32,000 nucleotides of DNA, from the NCBI RefSeq assembly GCF_001455205.1, contig NZ_CP013341.1, positions 2,369,303-2,401,302 of the forward strand. The letters are read 5' to 3'. The translations under genes and the position numbers were made by a program. The stretch's first letter is position 1; each line of letters begins with the position of its first letter. The notes beneath the pieces are model-generated. The model made no database searches, had not been told where the DNA came from, and was given only the letters and a program-made list of their open reading frames with translations. Of this stretch, positions 31,755 to 32,000 are shown piece by piece. The stretch comes from Nitrosomonas ureae. GTDB lineage: Bacteria; Pseudomonadota; Gammaproteobacteria; Burkholderiales; Nitrosomonadaceae.

Positions 31755-32000
31755 ATGCCAGAATTCGAAAAATTATTAAAAAACTCGAAACTCTAACCAA
31801 CAGCGTAAACACAACGTGCATCGAATTTACAAATCTTCTGATCGAGCTAGGATTCCAAATTGAAAACTGCGGCAGTGCAGGCCATAAGATCGCAAGACAC
31901 CCAGCCGTATCTTTAATTGAGTATCCTAACTATAATTGTGGTCATAACAAAGGTGAAACTGTTAAACGTCCGTATATAAAGAAGCTATACAAATTTGTGA
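31755..32000 (+). pseudogene. HicA-like toxin (partial at window end); the frame breaks at an A6 tract
   Basis: Frame 2 reads ..KKLETLTNSVNTTCIEFTNLLIELGFQIENCGSAGHKIARHP..CGHNKGETVKRPYIKKLYKFV, resembling the long HicA subfamily (GF..GS..H..HP..KG.VK). It has no canonical start. ATG 31755 (MPEFEKLLK) joins this frame if the A6 run at 31778-31783 were A7. Confidence 0.4.

Overview
This looks like a proteobacterial chromosome segment; the taxon cannot be fixed from sequence alone. All sub-ORF coordinates were indexed by hand and may be off by a few nt.

nt 1-8124 is ordinary core at roughly 50% GC by eye. It holds a pstB-like ABC ATPase, a TVP38/DedA-oxidoreductase fusion, an orphan PII-like protein, a beta-CASP MBL nuclease, bioA and a DUF3422-like membrane protein.

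Everything downstream of about 8.3 kb is accessory DNA:

1. An AT-rich minus-strand island (8.4-12.8 kb) of very small genes. It contains a tandemly iterated three-gene module: an S-type exported protein, an A-type acidic/proline-rich protein and a P-type ~65-aa protein. I cannot assign any of the three to a known family. The island also carries PRC-barrel and hemerythrin-like genes.

2. A 5-kb nested IS pile (13.06-18.19 kb). It consists of an IS21 istA fragment, an IS3-like orfA fragment, and an IS3-family element whose orfB is split twice. One split is by an IS110-family remnant. The other is by an intact IS4-family element with 20-bp IRs and a 9-bp TSD. An intact IS110-family element with IS1111-like architecture follows.

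3. Three copies of one filamentous phage (inovirus) in a decay series.
   - Copy A is only the zot 3' tail (18.19-18.51 kb).
   - Copy B is 5'-truncated, deleted and frameshifted (20.23-22.62 kb) and is joined in frame to an Rhs/YD-repeat remnant.
   - Copy C is nearly complete (about 22.6/23.9-29.92 kb): HTH repressor, gene II-type Rep, gV-like, coat, pIII, pVI and Zot/pI.
   - Each copy carries a different, unrelated ORF in the same slot just downstream of zot.
   - Copies B and C end in the same ~95-bp hairpin-containing block.

4. AT-rich orphan genes flank the phage copies: a TM+TPR-like protein, a 77-aa basic protein, a 468-aa tail-anchored protein and a HicA-like toxin at the window edge.

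Several reading frames break exactly at A6-A7 tracts. No rRNA, tRNA or CRISPR array was seen.
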